A stretch of 64,000 bases of DNA. It comes from Phormidesmis sp. Its GTDB lineage: Bacteria; Cyanobacteriota; Cyanobacteriia; Leptolyngbyales; Leptolyngbyaceae. Both the position numbers and the translations under genes were made by a program. Below, piece by piece: positions 26,669 to 38,317 of the stretch (positions within the stretch are counted from its first letter, which is position 1; each line of letters starts with the position of its first letter). Under the pieces are notes generated by a model, which saw only the letters and a program-made list of their open reading frames with translations, was not told the origin of the DNA and searched no databases. Location of the stretch: assembly GCA_965248535.1 (NCBI GenBank), contig CBDFJR010000002.1:2411206-2475205 (forward strand). Reading direction: 5' to 3'.

Positions 26669-28081
26669 TTAGCCCCTCTGTTGCTCGACTTTTCCAGCAC
26701 TCGCTTTTTGCGCTTGCACTAATTGCGTCCGCGCTGCCTCTAACTGAGGGCCCGGATCGAGGGTAAGCCAGCCCGAACCCTGCTGCTTTCTGGTTTCATA
26801 GTGCAGGTGCGGCCCGGTTGATAGCCCTGTGGTGCCCACTCGCCCAATGATCGTGCCCGGTTTGACCAAATCGCCGGGGTGCACAAACATCTCTGACATA
26901 TGAGCATAGAGCGTGTCTTGCTTGCCTTGAGCGTGCTGAAGCACCACGGCCAACCCATAGCCACCCATGCGATCGGCGACAGCAACTCGTCCGGTTCGCG
27001 TGGCTAAAATGGGCGTTCCCTGAGCGGCACCTAGATCAACGCCCGCATGAAATCGGCGAACGCCGCTAACCGGATGTACGCGCCAACCAAACTTAGAGGT
27101 GACGGGGGCTGGCAGGGGCAGCGGATACATAATCTGTTCACCCTTTAAGTTATTGGGAATAGACAGTCCCCGATAGGCTTGCAACCCTGAAGTGGTGCTG
27201 TAATCTGGGCTAGCGGTTCGCAGCCCTGATGAGTCGCTGCTGGCCGAACTGGCGATCGCAACTTGGCGATTGATTAACGGCTGGGGCAGAGTTTGAATGG
27301 CGATCGGCACCGACCCAAATCCCCGATTGACCGATGCTTGACGAACAGGGGTGGGCAGGGGTGGCAGGCTGGGCAACGATTTCAGCAGATCTTGCTGGCG
27401 CTGAGATTGGCGCTGGTTGAGCACGATTTTGATCGGCTCGGTGGCTTGGGCAACGCCTACTTTACGGCTTTTGGCTTCTAACGAATTGATGGTGTTCACC
27501 AGATCTGCCCGAACCGTTGCCGAAAGCGTGGGATCTTGCAGCAGTTGACGCGCCTGATCAAAGTTTCCTTGGCTGATGGATTCATAAGTGCGAGAAACTA
27601 CACTTTCTTGAGCTACTTTTTTAGCTGCGTCTTTAGCCACAATTTCTGCGAGGCGTTGCTTTAAAACTTGGCGGCGCTCTAACAACTGCTTTGACTGATT
27701 GGAGTCACCGTTTTGCACGGGCGATGGTTGCCCGATCGCCGGATTTGTGACCGGGCTGACTGCGGCTTGAGTTTGGACTGAAGGTTTGCCGATCGTAGGG
27801 GCAACTTGGGTCGAAAGTGGCATGGCCTTCGGACTTTGAAGCGGGGATGAAGCCGCAACATGAGGCGTTTGAATCGGGGCTACAGAGACGGCAACCGATG
27901 GGAGGTGACTTGGCGGTAATCGCTCTGATGGGAGTGACTCAGGCGGCGCGATCGGGGCGATCGTGGTCGGAACCACAGCCTCTCGTTGAAAGACAAGTTC
28001 AGTCCCTGTTGGCTGAACGTCATCAATAGCAGCCTTTTGGGTCGTGAGTTGTGATAATAGAGAAGGGATCAGGTCTAGCAT
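26669..28081 (-). CDS. M23 family metallopeptidase
   Basis: VTSKFGWRVHP, HAGVD, TLYAHM, TGLSTGPHLHYE; long Pro/Gln-rich N-terminus. Confidence 0.9.
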   Translation of the reverse strand: MLDLIPSLLSQLTTQKAAIDDVQPTGTELVFQREAVVPTTIAPIAPPESLPSERLPPSHLPSVAVSVAPIQTPHVAASSPLQSPKAMPLSTQVAPTIGKPSVQTQAAVSPVTNPAIGQPSPVQNGDSNQSKQLLERRQVLKQRLAEIVAKDAAKKVAQESVVSRTYESISQGNFDQARQLLQDPTLSATVRADLVNTINSLEAKSRKVGVAQATEPIKIVLNQRQSQRQQDLLKSLPSLPPLPTPVRQASVNRGFGSVPIAIQTLPQPLINRQVAIASSASSDSSGLRTASPDYSTTSGLQAYRGLSIPNNLKGEQIMYPLPLPAPVTSKFGWRVHPVSGVRRFHAGVDLGAAQGTPILATRTGRVAVADRMGGYGLAVVLQHAQGKQDTLYAHMSEMFVHPGDLVKPGTIIGRVGTTGLSTGPHLHYETRKQQGSGWLTLDPGPQLEAARTQLVQAQKASAGKVEQQRG

Positions 28082-28345
28082 CAGACTCCTAGTGGAGGGG
28101 ACACCTAGCTAATACGCAGACTCGTCTTGATTACAGGACAACTTTATCGACTTGCCAACAATTCACCAATCCAGATGAAAGCTTTATGTCAGCGCAGGCT
28201 GAGGGTCAGAAGATCCCCGTGATGTCTCGACCCAAACGCCAGTGCAGAGACCAATTCTGAGCTACTGAATTCACCATCAAAACTGAAGTGCTAAGGTAGA
28301 AATACTTACCCTCTCGCCCAGACCAGCAGGCTGCAATCACTCAGC

Positions 28346-29137
28346 ATGGCCAACCAAACCTTCACGGCTTTGAATGATCAGACCCCTCAAGACTCAAGTG
28401 CTTTGTCGTTTGCTTCACCCCTAGTTGGATGGAGCATTGCCTTGATTTTGTTAGGAGGCGTGGCGAGTTGGCAGGTGGCTCGTCAGCGTCGCTTACTCAA
28501 ACTGCCTCAAAGCGTGATCCCTAAGGGCACTGAGAGCGCAGCAATCTACCCGCGCTTTACGCAGGCTCTACAGTGGGTTGCCTACGCCAAAGAGCAAGGG
28601 CGATCGCAGGGTTATGAAGCAGCGATCGCTATTTATAACCGGGCCTTAAGCGACTATCCTGATGATTTTCGGCTGTGGCATGAGCGCGGCTTGGCGCTGG
28701 CCAAACTTCAGCGATTTGAGGCGGCGATCGCCAGCTACGATCGGGCCTATGCCCTGCAACCCAACCAGCGCGATCTGGCCCATGAACGCGGCGATGCCCT
28801 CTTGCAGCTAGGGCGCTATGAAGAAGCCATTGTCTCTCTCGACACATTTTTGCGCCATGACCCCGGCAATGCCCATGTTTTAACCGATCGGGGCTACGCC
28901 TGCTATCAACTTAATCGCCCCGAAGAAGCCCTGCGATCGCTCAACCAAGTGTTGCAAAATGAGCGCCGCGATCGTGCCTCCCTCGCTCGTGCTCACTACT
29001 ACCAGATCGAAGCCCTGCGTCAGATGAAACAGTTTGAGGCGGCGCTGCGATCGTCGCAAGCAGCCATCAAGCAACATTCTGAAGAAGTCTTCAAGGCTCA
29101 ACACGCTGCCCTGAAACGACAGATGGGTGGCCCTTAA
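28346..29137 (+). CDS. Membrane-anchored TPR protein
   Basis: One hydrophobic segment, then TPRs (WHERGLALAKLQRFEAAIASYDRA, HERGDALLQLGRYEEAI). Confidence 0.85.
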   Translation: MANQTFTALNDQTPQDSSALSFASPLVGWSIALILLGGVASWQVARQRRLLKLPQSVIPKGTESAAIYPRFTQALQWVAYAKEQGRSQGYEAAIAIYNRALSDYPDDFRLWHERGLALAKLQRFEAAIASYDRAYALQPNQRDLAHERGDALLQLGRYEEAIVSLDTFLRHDPGNAHVLTDRGYACYQLNRPEEALRSLNQVLQNERRDRASLARAHYYQIEALRQMKQFEAALRSSQAAIKQHSEEVFKAQHAALKRQMGGP

Positions 29138-29296
29138 TAAGGGAATTGCTCTGGGTCAGTCAACCCGATCGAACGCTAGTCAACCCGCAAAACCTAAGAA
29201 ATCAGGGGAGTCCTAAAATCGCCCCCTTCGATGAATTACAGTGATAAAAGGTAGATAAAATTACCGATCACATACATTCCTAAGGATATTCCCGGT

Positions 29297-31189
29297 ATGC
29301 ATCTGAGTGAACTGACCCACCCAAACCAGTTGCATGGTCTGTCGATCTATCAGCTTCAGCAAATGGCTCGTCAGATTCGTGAAAAGCATCTACAAACGGT
29401 TGCAACCATTGGGGGGCACCTCGGCCCAGGATTAGGTGTCGTCGAGCTAACCCTGGCCCTTTATCAAACGTTGGATCTCGATCGCGACAAAGTAATCTGG
29501 GATGTCGGGCACCAAGCCTATCCCCACAAGCTGATCACCGGGCGATATGCCAACTTTGACACGCTACGTCAAAAAGAGGGCATTGCGGGTTATCTCAAGC
29601 GCGGTGAAAGCAAGTTTGACCATTTTGGTGCAGGTCACGCCTCGACCAGCATCTCGGCAGGTCTCGGAATGGCGCTAGCCCGCGATGCCAAAGGTGAAAA
29701 CTTTAAAGTCGTCTCAGTGATTGGCGATGGAGCGCTCACGGGCGGCATGGCCCTCGAAGCGATCAATCACGCGGGTCATTTGCCCAAAACCAATCTGCTG
29801 GTCGTGTTGAACGATAACGAGATGTCGATTTCGCCCAACGTCGGCGCGATTCCTCGCTATCTAAACAAAATGCGCCTCAGTCCGCCTGTGCAGTTTCTCA
29901 CCGACAACCTAGAGGAACAGTTCAAAAATATGCCCTTCTCGCCCGAACTGTCGCGGCTCAAAGAAGGCATGAAGCGGCTGGCCGTCCCTAAAGTGGGCGC
30001 GGTGTTTGAAGAATTGGGCTTTACCTATATGGGCCCGATCGACGGTCACAATCTTGAAGAACTGATTGCCACCTTTAAGCAGGCTCACCAGCATCCCGGC
30101 CCGGTTTTGGTGCACGTCGCGACAGTGAAAGGCAAAGGCTATGCGATCGCCGAAAACGATCAGGTCGGCTATCACGCCCAAACGCCTTTTAACCTGGCCA
30201 CAGGCAAAGCGAATCCTTCTAGCAAGCCCAAGCCGCCCAGCTACTCAAAGGTGTTTGGTGAAACGTTGAGCACGATCGCCGAAAACGATCCGCGAGTCAT
30301 TGGCATCACCGCCGCCATGGCCACCGGAACAGGATTGGATATCTTTCAAAAGCGGGTGCCTAAGCAATATGTCGATGTCGGCATTGCCGAACAGCACGCC
30401 ATCACTCTCGCCGCCGGACTGGCCTGTGAAGGAATGCGCCCCGTGGCTACGATTTACTCAACCTTTTTGCAGCGCGCCTTTGATCAGATTATCCATGACG
30501 TTTGCATTCAAAATCTGCCCGTGTTTTTCTGCCTCGATCGCGCCGGAATCGTCGGTTCAGACGGCCCCACTCACCAGGGTATGTACGACATTGCCTATCT
30601 TCGCCTCATTCCCAATATGGTGCTGATGGCTCCCAAAGACGAAGCCGAATTGCAGCGCATGATTGTGACAGGAATTCAGCACACGAGTGGCCCGATCGCC
30701 ATGCGATATCCCAGAGGCAACGGCTACGGAGTGCCCCTGATGGAAGAAGGTTGGGAAGAACTGCCGATCGGGAAGGGTGAAATTCTCCGTCAAGGCGATG
30801 ACCTCCTATTGCTCGGCTATGGTTCGATGGTCTATCCCTCGATGCAGGTGGCTGAGATTTTGAGCGAGCACGGCATCGAAGCCACGGTGATCAACGCCCG
30901 ATTTGCCAAACCGCTTGACACCGAATTGATTTTGCCACTGGCAGAAAAAATTGGCCGAGTGGTGACCCTTGAGGAAGGCTGTCTGCCTGGTGGGTTTGGC
31001 TCTGCGGTGGTCGAAGCCTTGATGGATGCGGATATCACGGTTCCCGTCAAGCGGATCGGCGTTCCTGACATTTTGGTTGACCACGCCACGCCCGACGAGT
31101 CGAAAGCCGACCTGGGCTTGACTTCGCCGCAAATGGCCGAGCAAATTCTCAAATTGTTTAGCCGTCAGCCGTCAGCCGTCAGCGTCTAA
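29297..31189 (+). CDS. dxs: 1-deoxy-D-xylulose-5-phosphate synthase
   Basis: [54 protein letters not shown]. Confidence 0.98.
   Translation: MHLSELTHPNQLHGLSIYQLQQMARQIREKHLQTVATIGGHLGPGLGVVELTLALYQTLDLDRDKVIWDVGHQAYPHKLITGRYANFDTLRQKEGIAGYLKRGESKFDHFGAGHASTSISAGLGMALARDAKGENFKVVSVIGDGALTGGMALEAINHAGHLPKTNLLVVLNDNEMSISPNVGAIPRYLNKMRLSPPVQFLTDNLEEQFKNMPFSPELSRLKEGMKRLAVPKVGAVFEELGFTYMGPIDGHNLEELIATFKQAHQHPGPVLVHVATVKGKGYAIAENDQVGYHAQTPFNLATGKANPSSKPKPPSYSKVFGETLSTIAENDPRVIGITAAMATGTGLDIFQKRVPKQYVDVGIAEQHAITLAAGLACEGMRPVATIYSTFLQRAFDQIIHDVCIQNLPVFFCLDRAGIVGSDGPTHQGMYDIAYLRLIPNMVLMAPKDEAELQRMIVTGIQHTSGPIAMRYPRGNGYGVPLMEEGWEELPIGKGEILRQGDDLLLLGYGSMVYPSMQVAEILSEHGIEATVINARFAKPLDTELILPLAEKIGRVVTLEEGCLPGGFGSAVVEALMDADITVPVKRIGVPDILVDHATPDESKADLGLTSPQMAEQILKLFSRQPSAVSV
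31160..31186. repeat. Heptamer tandem repeat (STRR-like) AGCCGTC x3 at the dxs 3' end
   Basis: agccgtc agccgtc agccgtc agcgtc. Confidence 0.6.
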
Positions 31190-31260
31190 GCGATCGGGGT
31201 CTTAAAAGGCTGGCGGTGGGACGACAATCTAGCTGCCAGTCTATCTTTGGAAGAACGATC

Positions 31261-31917
31261 ATGAATCAAATCGCCTCAACAGTTCCCACGATCGAGACAG
31301 ACACCTGGGTAAAAGCTAGCTGGGAAACCTTGTCTGCTTTGGCGGATGATCCGGCTTATGAAAATGGGCGACTTTATTACGATCGTGGAAACTTAAGAAT
31401 CGAAATGGCAGCCCTCGGATCAGCACATGGTCAAGACAATACCGTGCTTTCTAACGTCGTCGCTATCTTTGCAGCCCTTAAGAATCTTCGGACTAAAGGA
31501 TTGACCAATGCAAGTTTTTGGAAAACGGGAGTCAGAGGGTGTCAGCCTGATCTCGCGTTTTATATTGGAACAGAATTTGGACAACTCCCCCGCAACAATT
31601 CTCCTGTAAATGTCGATGAGTTTGGCGCGCCAAGTTTGGTGATTGAGATTGGAGCCTCCTCCTTTCAAGATGACTTGGGAAATAAGCGCCTACTGTATGA
31701 GCAGCTTGGGATTCAAGAATATTGGGTTGTAAACGTTGAGACGAGCGAAGTGTTTGCCTTTAAGGTCAATCAGGGATCGAGCGGTCGAATTCACGAATCG
31801 CTGGTCTTGCCCAGATTGAAGATTTCCCTCGTCGAAGAAGCATTACAGCGCAGTCAGGTAGAGGATGATGGCACAATTAACCGTTGGTTACTGCAAACCT
31901 TCACAGATCTTTCTTAA
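31261..31917 (+). CDS. Uma2 family endonuclease
   Basis: [34 protein letters not shown]. Start taken at ATG 31261. Confidence 0.9.
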   Translation: MNQIASTVPTIETDTWVKASWETLSALADDPAYENGRLYYDRGNLRIEMAALGSAHGQDNTVLSNVVAIFAALKNLRTKGLTNASFWKTGVRGCQPDLAFYIGTEFGQLPRNNSPVNVDEFGAPSLVIEIGASSFQDDLGNKRLLYEQLGIQEYWVVNVETSEVFAFKVNQGSSGRIHESLVLPRLKISLVEEALQRSQVEDDGTINRWLLQTFTDLS

Positions 31918-31934
31918 CTCAATCCCTAGCTTTT

Positions 31935-32996
31935 ATGTCTCTCAAAAACCAGGTTTTTCCCGTAGTTTGGCAAGACGATCGAGTCTTGCTGATCGATCAA
32001 ACCCGTCTCCCTGGCGAATATGCGCTGGTGGATATTCATCGCTGTGATGACATGGTGCAGGCGATTAAAACGATGATTGTGCGAGGGGCCCCCGCGATCG
32101 GAGTCGCTGCCGCCTATGGGATGTATCTCGGCGCACGCGAAATTGAAACCAGCGATCGTGACCACTTTCTCACCCAACTCGAAGACGTTGCCAAGACCCT
32201 GCGCGCCACTCGCCCCACGGCAGTGAATTTATTTTGGGCGATCGAGCGAATGCTCAAAACCGCCCGCCAAACCCTGGGCAGCGTGGACTATTTGAAGCAA
32301 GTCATGCTCAAAACGGCAAAGATGATTAACGCCGACGACATTGAGACGTGCAAAGCGATCGGCGATCATGGGTTGGCGACTCTGCCCTCTGCGCCGGGCA
32401 AACTGCGGCTGTTGACTCACTGCAACGCTGGCGCACTGGCGACGGCAGGCTATGGCACCGCTCTGGGAGTGGTGCGATCGGCGTGGCAAGCTGATCGGCT
32501 AGAGCGAGTTTATGCTGACGAAACCCGACCTCGGCTGCAAGGCGCAAAACTCACCGCCTGGGAATGTGTGCAGGAGGGCATTCCCGTCACGGTGATCACC
32601 GACAACATGGCGGCCCACTGTATGCAGCGCGGCATGATTGATGCAGTGGTCGTCGGAGCCGATCGCATCGCTGCTAATGGCGACACTGCCAATAAAATCG
32701 GCACTTATAGCGTGGCACTGATTGCCAAGGCGCACAAAATTCCGTTTTTTGTCGCGGCTCCGCTGTCCACGATCGACTTCGAGATTAGCGATGGCAGTCA
32801 GATTCCGATCGAAGAACGCGATCCGTCTGAAATCTATCGGGTCGGAGAAACCCTGCTCTGTCCGCCCGGAGTTGATTATTACAATCCCGCTTTTGATGTC
32901 ACCCCGGCAGATTTGATTGCGGCGATCGTCACCGAGCATGGAGCGTTTGCCCCTAGTCAACTCCACGGCGAGTTGCATGAAAAAAGAGTTCTCTAA
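31935..32996 (+). CDS. mtnA: S-methyl-5-thioribose-1-phosphate isomerase
   Basis: [62 protein letters not shown]. Confidence 0.97.
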   Translation: MSLKNQVFPVVWQDDRVLLIDQTRLPGEYALVDIHRCDDMVQAIKTMIVRGAPAIGVAAAYGMYLGAREIETSDRDHFLTQLEDVAKTLRATRPTAVNLFWAIERMLKTARQTLGSVDYLKQVMLKTAKMINADDIETCKAIGDHGLATLPSAPGKLRLLTHCNAGALATAGYGTALGVVRSAWQADRLERVYADETRPRLQGAKLTAWECVQEGIPVTVITDNMAAHCMQRGMIDAVVVGADRIAANGDTANKIGTYSVALIAKAHKIPFFVAAPLSTIDFEISDGSQIPIEERDPSEIYRVGETLLCPPGVDYYNPAFDVTPADLIAAIVTEHGAFAPSQLHGELHEKRVL

Positions 32997-33028
32997 CTTG
33001 GCGAGAGGCAAACCCCGCCTGAACCCGC

Positions 33029-33049
33029 GTAGGGCATGGCAATGCCCAC
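33029..33049. repeat. REP-like palindrome (shortened copy)
   Basis: GTAGGGCATGGCAATGCCCAC; related to copies at 38250, 43767 and 63210. Confidence 0.5.
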
Positions 33050-33133
33050 TAGTGTCAACTTAACACAATCAGTTCCTGATCTATACCAGGCAATAGATTG
33101 ATCTAAGCAATGGATATCAGAATTCGATCGCCG

Positions 33134-34120
33134 CTAATTTCGCAAGCGATCGAGTTCTGTTTGCATTTCTGCTCTGAGATCTTCGGCTTGATGATAGGTG
33201 TGCGATCGCGCCGACTCATGATGCAGTGAATGTGTCCAGGGATGCTGAACTGGCTGAAAATAATAACGCAGCCGCGTTCTCACGGCCCACACTCCCATTG
33301 ATGGGAAAAACACAAACAAAACTACCAACGGTGACACAGGAAGTAATGGCAGCTTGAACCATCGTGCCAATCGTTTGCTGTTAACCGCCCAAGGGTGCAA
33401 ATATTCACTGCCGAGGCAAACCACGGGCAAAATCTGCACCTGATGCTGAACGCTAAGACGAATAAAACTTGGATCAAACGTGGCTAAATTATAGCGATCG
33501 TGCCATCCCTTAACGAGACCTCGCCAGCTTTCGGGCGCATAGAGCAGCAGGTTTTTTTGCGAAACGGCCGCTTCAAAGCTCTGTTTTTCGGCTCTGACTC
33601 CCCCCAAGATCTGCGCCCAGCCGCGAGGCACCCACCACACTAGCCAGGGATGATCAAAAAAGAGCGCGTGCGCTACGGGCTGCACATACCAGCCTTTTTT
33701 TTGACTTAAGAGAACGCCCAGGCACAAAAAATCCCATGGAAAACACATGCCTGCGTGGTTAAGGATCACGATCGCAGGGGGCTGATCCGGCAGGTTTTCT
33801 AACTGGTGCAACTCGGCTCGAAAAAATCGGGTCGCGATCGGGGTCAAAATCTCCTCGCGAAACGCCTGCTGATAGTGTAGGTCGGGCTGAGTAGCGGGCG
33901 ATTGCGGCGCTCTAAACCCCAGCCTCATCCACCGCAGCAGCAGCGCCACATAAAACCCACCCGGAATCAAAAACAGCAGATATTCCAACCAGTTCCAGCC
34001 GTCAGGATCAGGCTTATAGTGTTGCCAATGGCGATTAAACAGAATCAACCAACCAGGCGGATACCACAGGCAAAGCCAATCAAACCAACCAAACTGATAG
34101 GAGCCATCGGTCTTATTCAC
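33134..34120 (-). CDS. Lysophospholipid/glycerol acyltransferase family protein
   Basis: NHAGMCFPWD (HX4D-like), LYAPES, FIRLS...ILPVVCLGSE. Confidence 0.8.
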   Translation of the reverse strand: MNKTDGSYQFGWFDWLCLWYPPGWLILFNRHWQHYKPDPDGWNWLEYLLFLIPGGFYVALLLRWMRLGFRAPQSPATQPDLHYQQAFREEILTPIATRFFRAELHQLENLPDQPPAIVILNHAGMCFPWDFLCLGVLLSQKKGWYVQPVAHALFFDHPWLVWWVPRGWAQILGGVRAEKQSFEAAVSQKNLLLYAPESWRGLVKGWHDRYNLATFDPSFIRLSVQHQVQILPVVCLGSEYLHPWAVNSKRLARWFKLPLLPVSPLVVLFVFFPSMGVWAVRTRLRYYFQPVQHPWTHSLHHESARSHTYHQAEDLRAEMQTELDRLRN

Positions 34121-34188
34121 AGCAAGATTCAGCGATTCACAGCCAATCTAGTTATATCAATTTGAAGAAGATCCTCCCAAAATTTATC

Positions 34189-35608
34189 TCATTTCACCAG
34201 TTCTGCTTGCTTTTCGGGCTTTGGCTCTTCGAGCGGCAATCCCAACACTTGGCGATAGAGCTTGATGTATTCGATCGCTGATTTGTCCCAGCTAAAGTTT
34301 TGTTTCATGCCGCGCTGCTGAAGTTCTTGCCACTGAGGTTTAAATCTAAACGCCTCCCACGCCCGCACCAGACAGGTATAGAGGTCAAGCGGCTCATAGC
34401 GATCGAAGCAGTAGCCCGTTCCGGCATGGTTCATCGGGTCGTGGTGCGTGACCGTATCGACTAAGCCCACCTGTGCGGCGCACGATCGGGACACACCCAT
34501 AGCGCAACGCCAGCATTTGGCTAATCCCACAGGGTTCAAATCGCGACGGCATCAAAAAGGTGTCTGCTCCAGCATAAATGCGTCTCGCTAGGGCATCGTT
34601 GTAGAGCAAATAGACGGCCATCCGTCCCGGATATCGACCTGCGAGTTGCCACATTTGGGTTTCATAATAGCGATCGCCCGTTCCTAATAAGATGAACTGA
34701 GCATCGCTGTAGGCCATGAAGCGATCGAGCATTTGAATCACGAGATCCAATCCTTTTTGCTCGACTAATCGCGACACCATGCCCAAGACCAACGCCTTTG
34801 AGTTGACTTCTAAGCCGACTTCTTCTTGGAGGGCAATTTTGTTTTTAACGCGCTGATCAATGGTCTCGATCGTGAAGGGCTGTGCCAGACTCTTATCCAC
34901 CGCCGGATCGTAGGCCTCGGTGTCAATGCCGTTAAGAATGCCGGACAGTTTGCTGCCAATAAACGACAGCAATCCCTCTAGGGTTTCACCATAGGCAGGG
35001 GTTTTAATCTGGTCAGCATAGGTGGGCGAAACGGTGTTGACGCGATCGGCAAACTGCACCGCCGCCGCCATCACGTTATGACCCTGCATATACCACGGGC
35101 ACCAGGTCATCTTTTCTAGCTTCCAGCGCCACGGCCCTTGATAAGCCAGGTTGTGAATCGTGAACACTGTTGAAATATCGGGGTCTTGGTGCATCCACAC
35201 CGGAATCATGCCCGTGTGCCAGTCGTGACAATGGACGATTTCAGGCTTCCAATAATTCCAACAAAATTCTGCGGCCCCGTTAGAAAAGAAGGTAAACCGC
35301 CAATCTTCATCGTCTCCGCCATAGACGCGACGCGGATCAAACACCGGATGCCCAAATAGATAAAGGGGAACATCAGAGCCGGGCAACACCGCTTCATAGA
35401 CTGCGAACTGATTAAACATGGCGCTGCCCTTCCAAATTGGGTCAGCGGGGATGTCAATTTTGTCTGACAAAAACCCATAGTAGGGCATAAAAATCCGCAC
35501 GTCGTGCCCCATGTCTCTCAGCACTTTGGGCAGCGCACCGACCACATCCCCCATTCCACCGACTTTAGCGATCGGCGCAGCTTCGGCAGCAACTATCAAA
35601 ATTCGCAT
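34189..35608 (-). CDS. glgA: Glycogen synthase, split by an apparent +1 frameshift at 34466-34468
   Basis: [37 protein letters not shown]. The sequence ACA GGT GGG CTT AGT gives the expected TGGLVDTV if one G is removed, continuing in the 116-aa ORF frame. Confidence 0.93.
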
Positions 35609-35754
35609 CTTAGCTCTCGTGTCCCCTTAGAGTGGTCAGCATTGTGATCATACCGATTAAGGGGCACGGTTCAACGGCTTGGCGCGATCGCATGTTTCCG
35701 ATCGCACCTTCTCGTCTGTGACAGAATGAAATCACCCATCGTGAGCCAAGTCCC

Positions 35755-36435
35755 ATGCTGAAACGTTCCTCAGTCTCAGTGCCACGGTTAGAGAATGGCG
35801 ATCGACTGTCTCGCGTCGAATTTGAGCGTCGCTATGCAGAGACTCCTGAAAAATTTAAGGCAGAACTCATTGAAGGAACTGTTTACGTGGCATCTCCAGT
35901 TCGAGTCAAAAATCACGGTAGACCTCACGCCTACGTCATGGGCTGGCTGGCTTTTTATGTTTCAGCAACGCCAAGAGTCGATATTGCAGACAACTCAACC
36001 GTCAGATTAGATCTCGACAACGAACCTCAGCCCGATGCCTTGCTGCGAATTGAGCCAGAGTTTGGCGGCAAGTCTCGCATCACCGAAGACGATTACATTG
36101 AGGGTTCTCCAGAACTCGTAATCGAAATCGCGGCAAGTAGTGCTTCTGTGGATATGAACGCCAAACTCAACGCTTATCGCCGCAACGGAGTGCAAGAGTA
36201 TCTGGTTTGGCAAGTTTACGAAAATCAAATCGCCTGGTTTTGCCTACAAGATGGTGAGTATATCCGTTTACAACCCGATGCGATAGGAATGATTAGGAGT
36301 CGAGTTTTCCCAGGACTTTGGTTAGCCGTGGACGCACTTTTGAGGGGAGAGTTAGCAACGGTTCTCACAGAGTTGCAAACCGGATTAGCAACACCAGAAC
36401 ATGGGGAATTTGTCGATCGACTCAGCAAAAAATAG
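35755..36435 (+). CDS. Uma2 family endonuclease
   Basis: LENGDRLSRVEFERRY, EPQPDALL, PELVIEIA, YRRNGVQEYLVW. Confidence 0.92.
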   Translation: MLKRSSVSVPRLENGDRLSRVEFERRYAETPEKFKAELIEGTVYVASPVRVKNHGRPHAYVMGWLAFYVSATPRVDIADNSTVRLDLDNEPQPDALLRIEPEFGGKSRITEDDYIEGSPELVIEIAASSASVDMNAKLNAYRRNGVQEYLVWQVYENQIAWFCLQDGEYIRLQPDAIGMIRSRVFPGLWLAVDALLRGELATVLTELQTGLATPEHGEFVDRLSKK

Positions 36436-36524
36436 AAAGTTTGTTCCTTGCGTTTTCGTTGAATTAGTTATCGAGAATCAATTCGCCAGAGCAATGCACC
36501 AAATCAATTTAAAATAGCTTCGAT

Positions 36525-37202
36525 TCACGGGGTGGCCATAACTTCCTTGATTACTTCCAAAACTTCTTTGGGGTGCGAAATCATTGGAAAATGGCTTGAT
36601 TCCACAATAATTGTTTTTGCACTCATTCTCTGAGACAAGTCACGCTGTAAATCAGGCGGAACAGATTTATCGTTCGTCGCTAAGATATACCAGCTTGGTT
36701 TATCTTTCCAAGCGGGTAAACCTGCCTTAACTTCCATTAATGATGTTGAGGGTGGCGTTTGAGTCGCATGGATTATTACCTTTCTTTCTTCGGAGAGATC
36801 GTTTGCCAAAACTTCATCTACACCTTCTTTAGAAATCCAAACAAAACCATTTTGTTCTTGAAAATGTGGTGAAGGTTTTCCATATTTACTCATTAGATCA
36901 ATCATAGACTCGCCAGCATCGGGAGCCAGCGCCGCAATATACACTAAACCAGAAACTCGTTCGTCATTGCCGACTTCAGTAATGACAAAACCGCCCCACG
37001 AATGACCAACCAGAATACATTTTCCCTCGGTGCGATCCAAAGCACGTCTTGTCGCAGCAATATCGTCCGTCAGAGATGTTAGCGGGTTTTGAACTGCAAT
37101 AACGTTGTAGCCTTCTGCCAACAGCGTCGGAATAATTTCGTTGTAACAAGAGCCATCTGCCCAAAAACCGTGAACCAATAGAATGTTTTTAACTTCGCTC
37201 AT
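36525..37202 (-). CDS. Alpha/beta hydrolase (abhydrolase_6-like)
   Basis: LVHGFWADG, VGHSWGG nucleophile motif, SSHFPMISHP; AT-rich. Confidence 0.9.
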   Translation of the reverse strand: MSEVKNILLVHGFWADGSCYNEIIPTLLAEGYNVIAVQNPLTSLTDDIAATRRALDRTEGKCILVGHSWGGFVITEVGNDERVSGLVYIAALAPDAGESMIDLMSKYGKPSPHFQEQNGFVWISKEGVDEVLANDLSEERKVIIHATQTPPSTSLMEVKAGLPAWKDKPSWYILATNDKSVPPDLQRDLSQRMSAKTIIVESSHFPMISHPKEVLEVIKEVMATP

Positions 37203-37368
37203 AAATATTTCTGCAACTGCAAATTAGCCATAGAGCATCTGCGATAGCGTTGCCAAAAGCTGTCGAACTATTGTTTCTGCCGTTTTGACTCCTCTTAATC
37301 AGGATAATATGCTTTACGGGGAACTACGCTGTCTAAGTTCAAACCACGATCGCACCACCTAACAAACT

Positions 37369-38211
37369 ATGGCAACCAACGAAAACTGGGTAGATGTAGG
37401 GTCACTGGGTTGGTTTTATCGAGAGGCTGAGGCGATCGGGCGCAGCGATCGCTCACCCGTTTTGCTCCTGCATGGGTTGATCTCTCAAAGCTATAGCTGG
37501 CGAAAGGTGATGCCCGTTTTAGCAGAACAGGGATTTCGCACGATCGCCCCTGATTGGGTGGGCTGCGGCTATTCAGATAAGCCCGATCGTCGAGAGTTTG
37601 CCTACACGCCAGAGCGTCTGCTCACCGCGCTCACAGACCTGATTTCTGAGTTGAAGCTAGAGACGTTTTCGCTAGTGGCGCAAGGATTTTTGGGGTCGGT
37701 TGGCGTTCAATATGCGCTGCGGCATCCTCAGCAGGTTGAGCGGCTTGCTATTCTCAATGCGCCGCTTAGTCAAACGGTTAAGCTTCCCTGGAAGCTCCAG
37801 CAGATGGGCATTCCATTAGTTGGCGATATGTTGACCCAAAACCCGCTGCTGGTCGATCGCCTTCTTGAAGGCGCAGGCGGCTATCGCATTAACGATCAGG
37901 ATATGGATATTTATCGCCGCCCTTGGATCAAGAGTTCTGATGCGGGTCGGGCCTTAATGGCGCTGCTGCAAAATTTGCAGCTTCCGCAAGTGACCGCAGA
38001 AATTGAGACGGGCTTAACCCAGTGGGATCAGCCGCTGCTGTTGGCTTGGGGAGCGCGTGACCCTTGGCTGCCGATGGCGATCGCGCAAACGATCGCGCAA
38101 TCTCACAAAACCGCCGAGTTTGTCGCCCTTGAAGAAGTCGGCCACTACCCCCAAGAAGATTGGCACGAAAAAGTCAGCGAAGCGCTAGTAACGTTTTTGC
38201 GACGACGTTAA
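37369..38211 (+). CDS. Alpha/beta fold hydrolase
   Basis: LLHGLISQSYSW, APDWVGCGYSDKP, WGARDPW, GHYPQED. Confidence 0.9.
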   Translation: MATNENWVDVGSLGWFYREAEAIGRSDRSPVLLLHGLISQSYSWRKVMPVLAEQGFRTIAPDWVGCGYSDKPDRREFAYTPERLLTALTDLISELKLETFSLVAQGFLGSVGVQYALRHPQQVERLAILNAPLSQTVKLPWKLQQMGIPLVGDMLTQNPLLVDRLLEGAGGYRINDQDMDIYRRPWIKSSDAGRALMALLQNLQLPQVTAEIETGLTQWDQPLLLAWGARDPWLPMAIAQTIAQSHKTAEFVALEEVGHYPQEDWHEKVSEALVTFLRRR

Positions 38212-38217
38212 AAAAAT

Positions 38218-38247
38218 CGGGACTGAGTTATTGCTAACCTAGTCCCC
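38218..38247. terminator. Hairpin between convergent genes
   Basis: GGGACTGAGTTA...TAACCTAGTCCC imperfect stem preceded by an A run. Confidence 0.5.
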
Positions 38248-38249
38248 GT

Positions 38250-38273
38250 GTGGGCGTGGCGTTGCTGTGCCCT
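38250..38273. repeat. REP-like palindrome
   Basis: GTGGGCGTGGCGTTGCTGTGCCCT. Confidence 0.5.
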
Positions 38274-38317
38274 CTGAGAAATCTGCCGTGTCTCGTTGGA
38301 TCTGTACAAACCAATCT

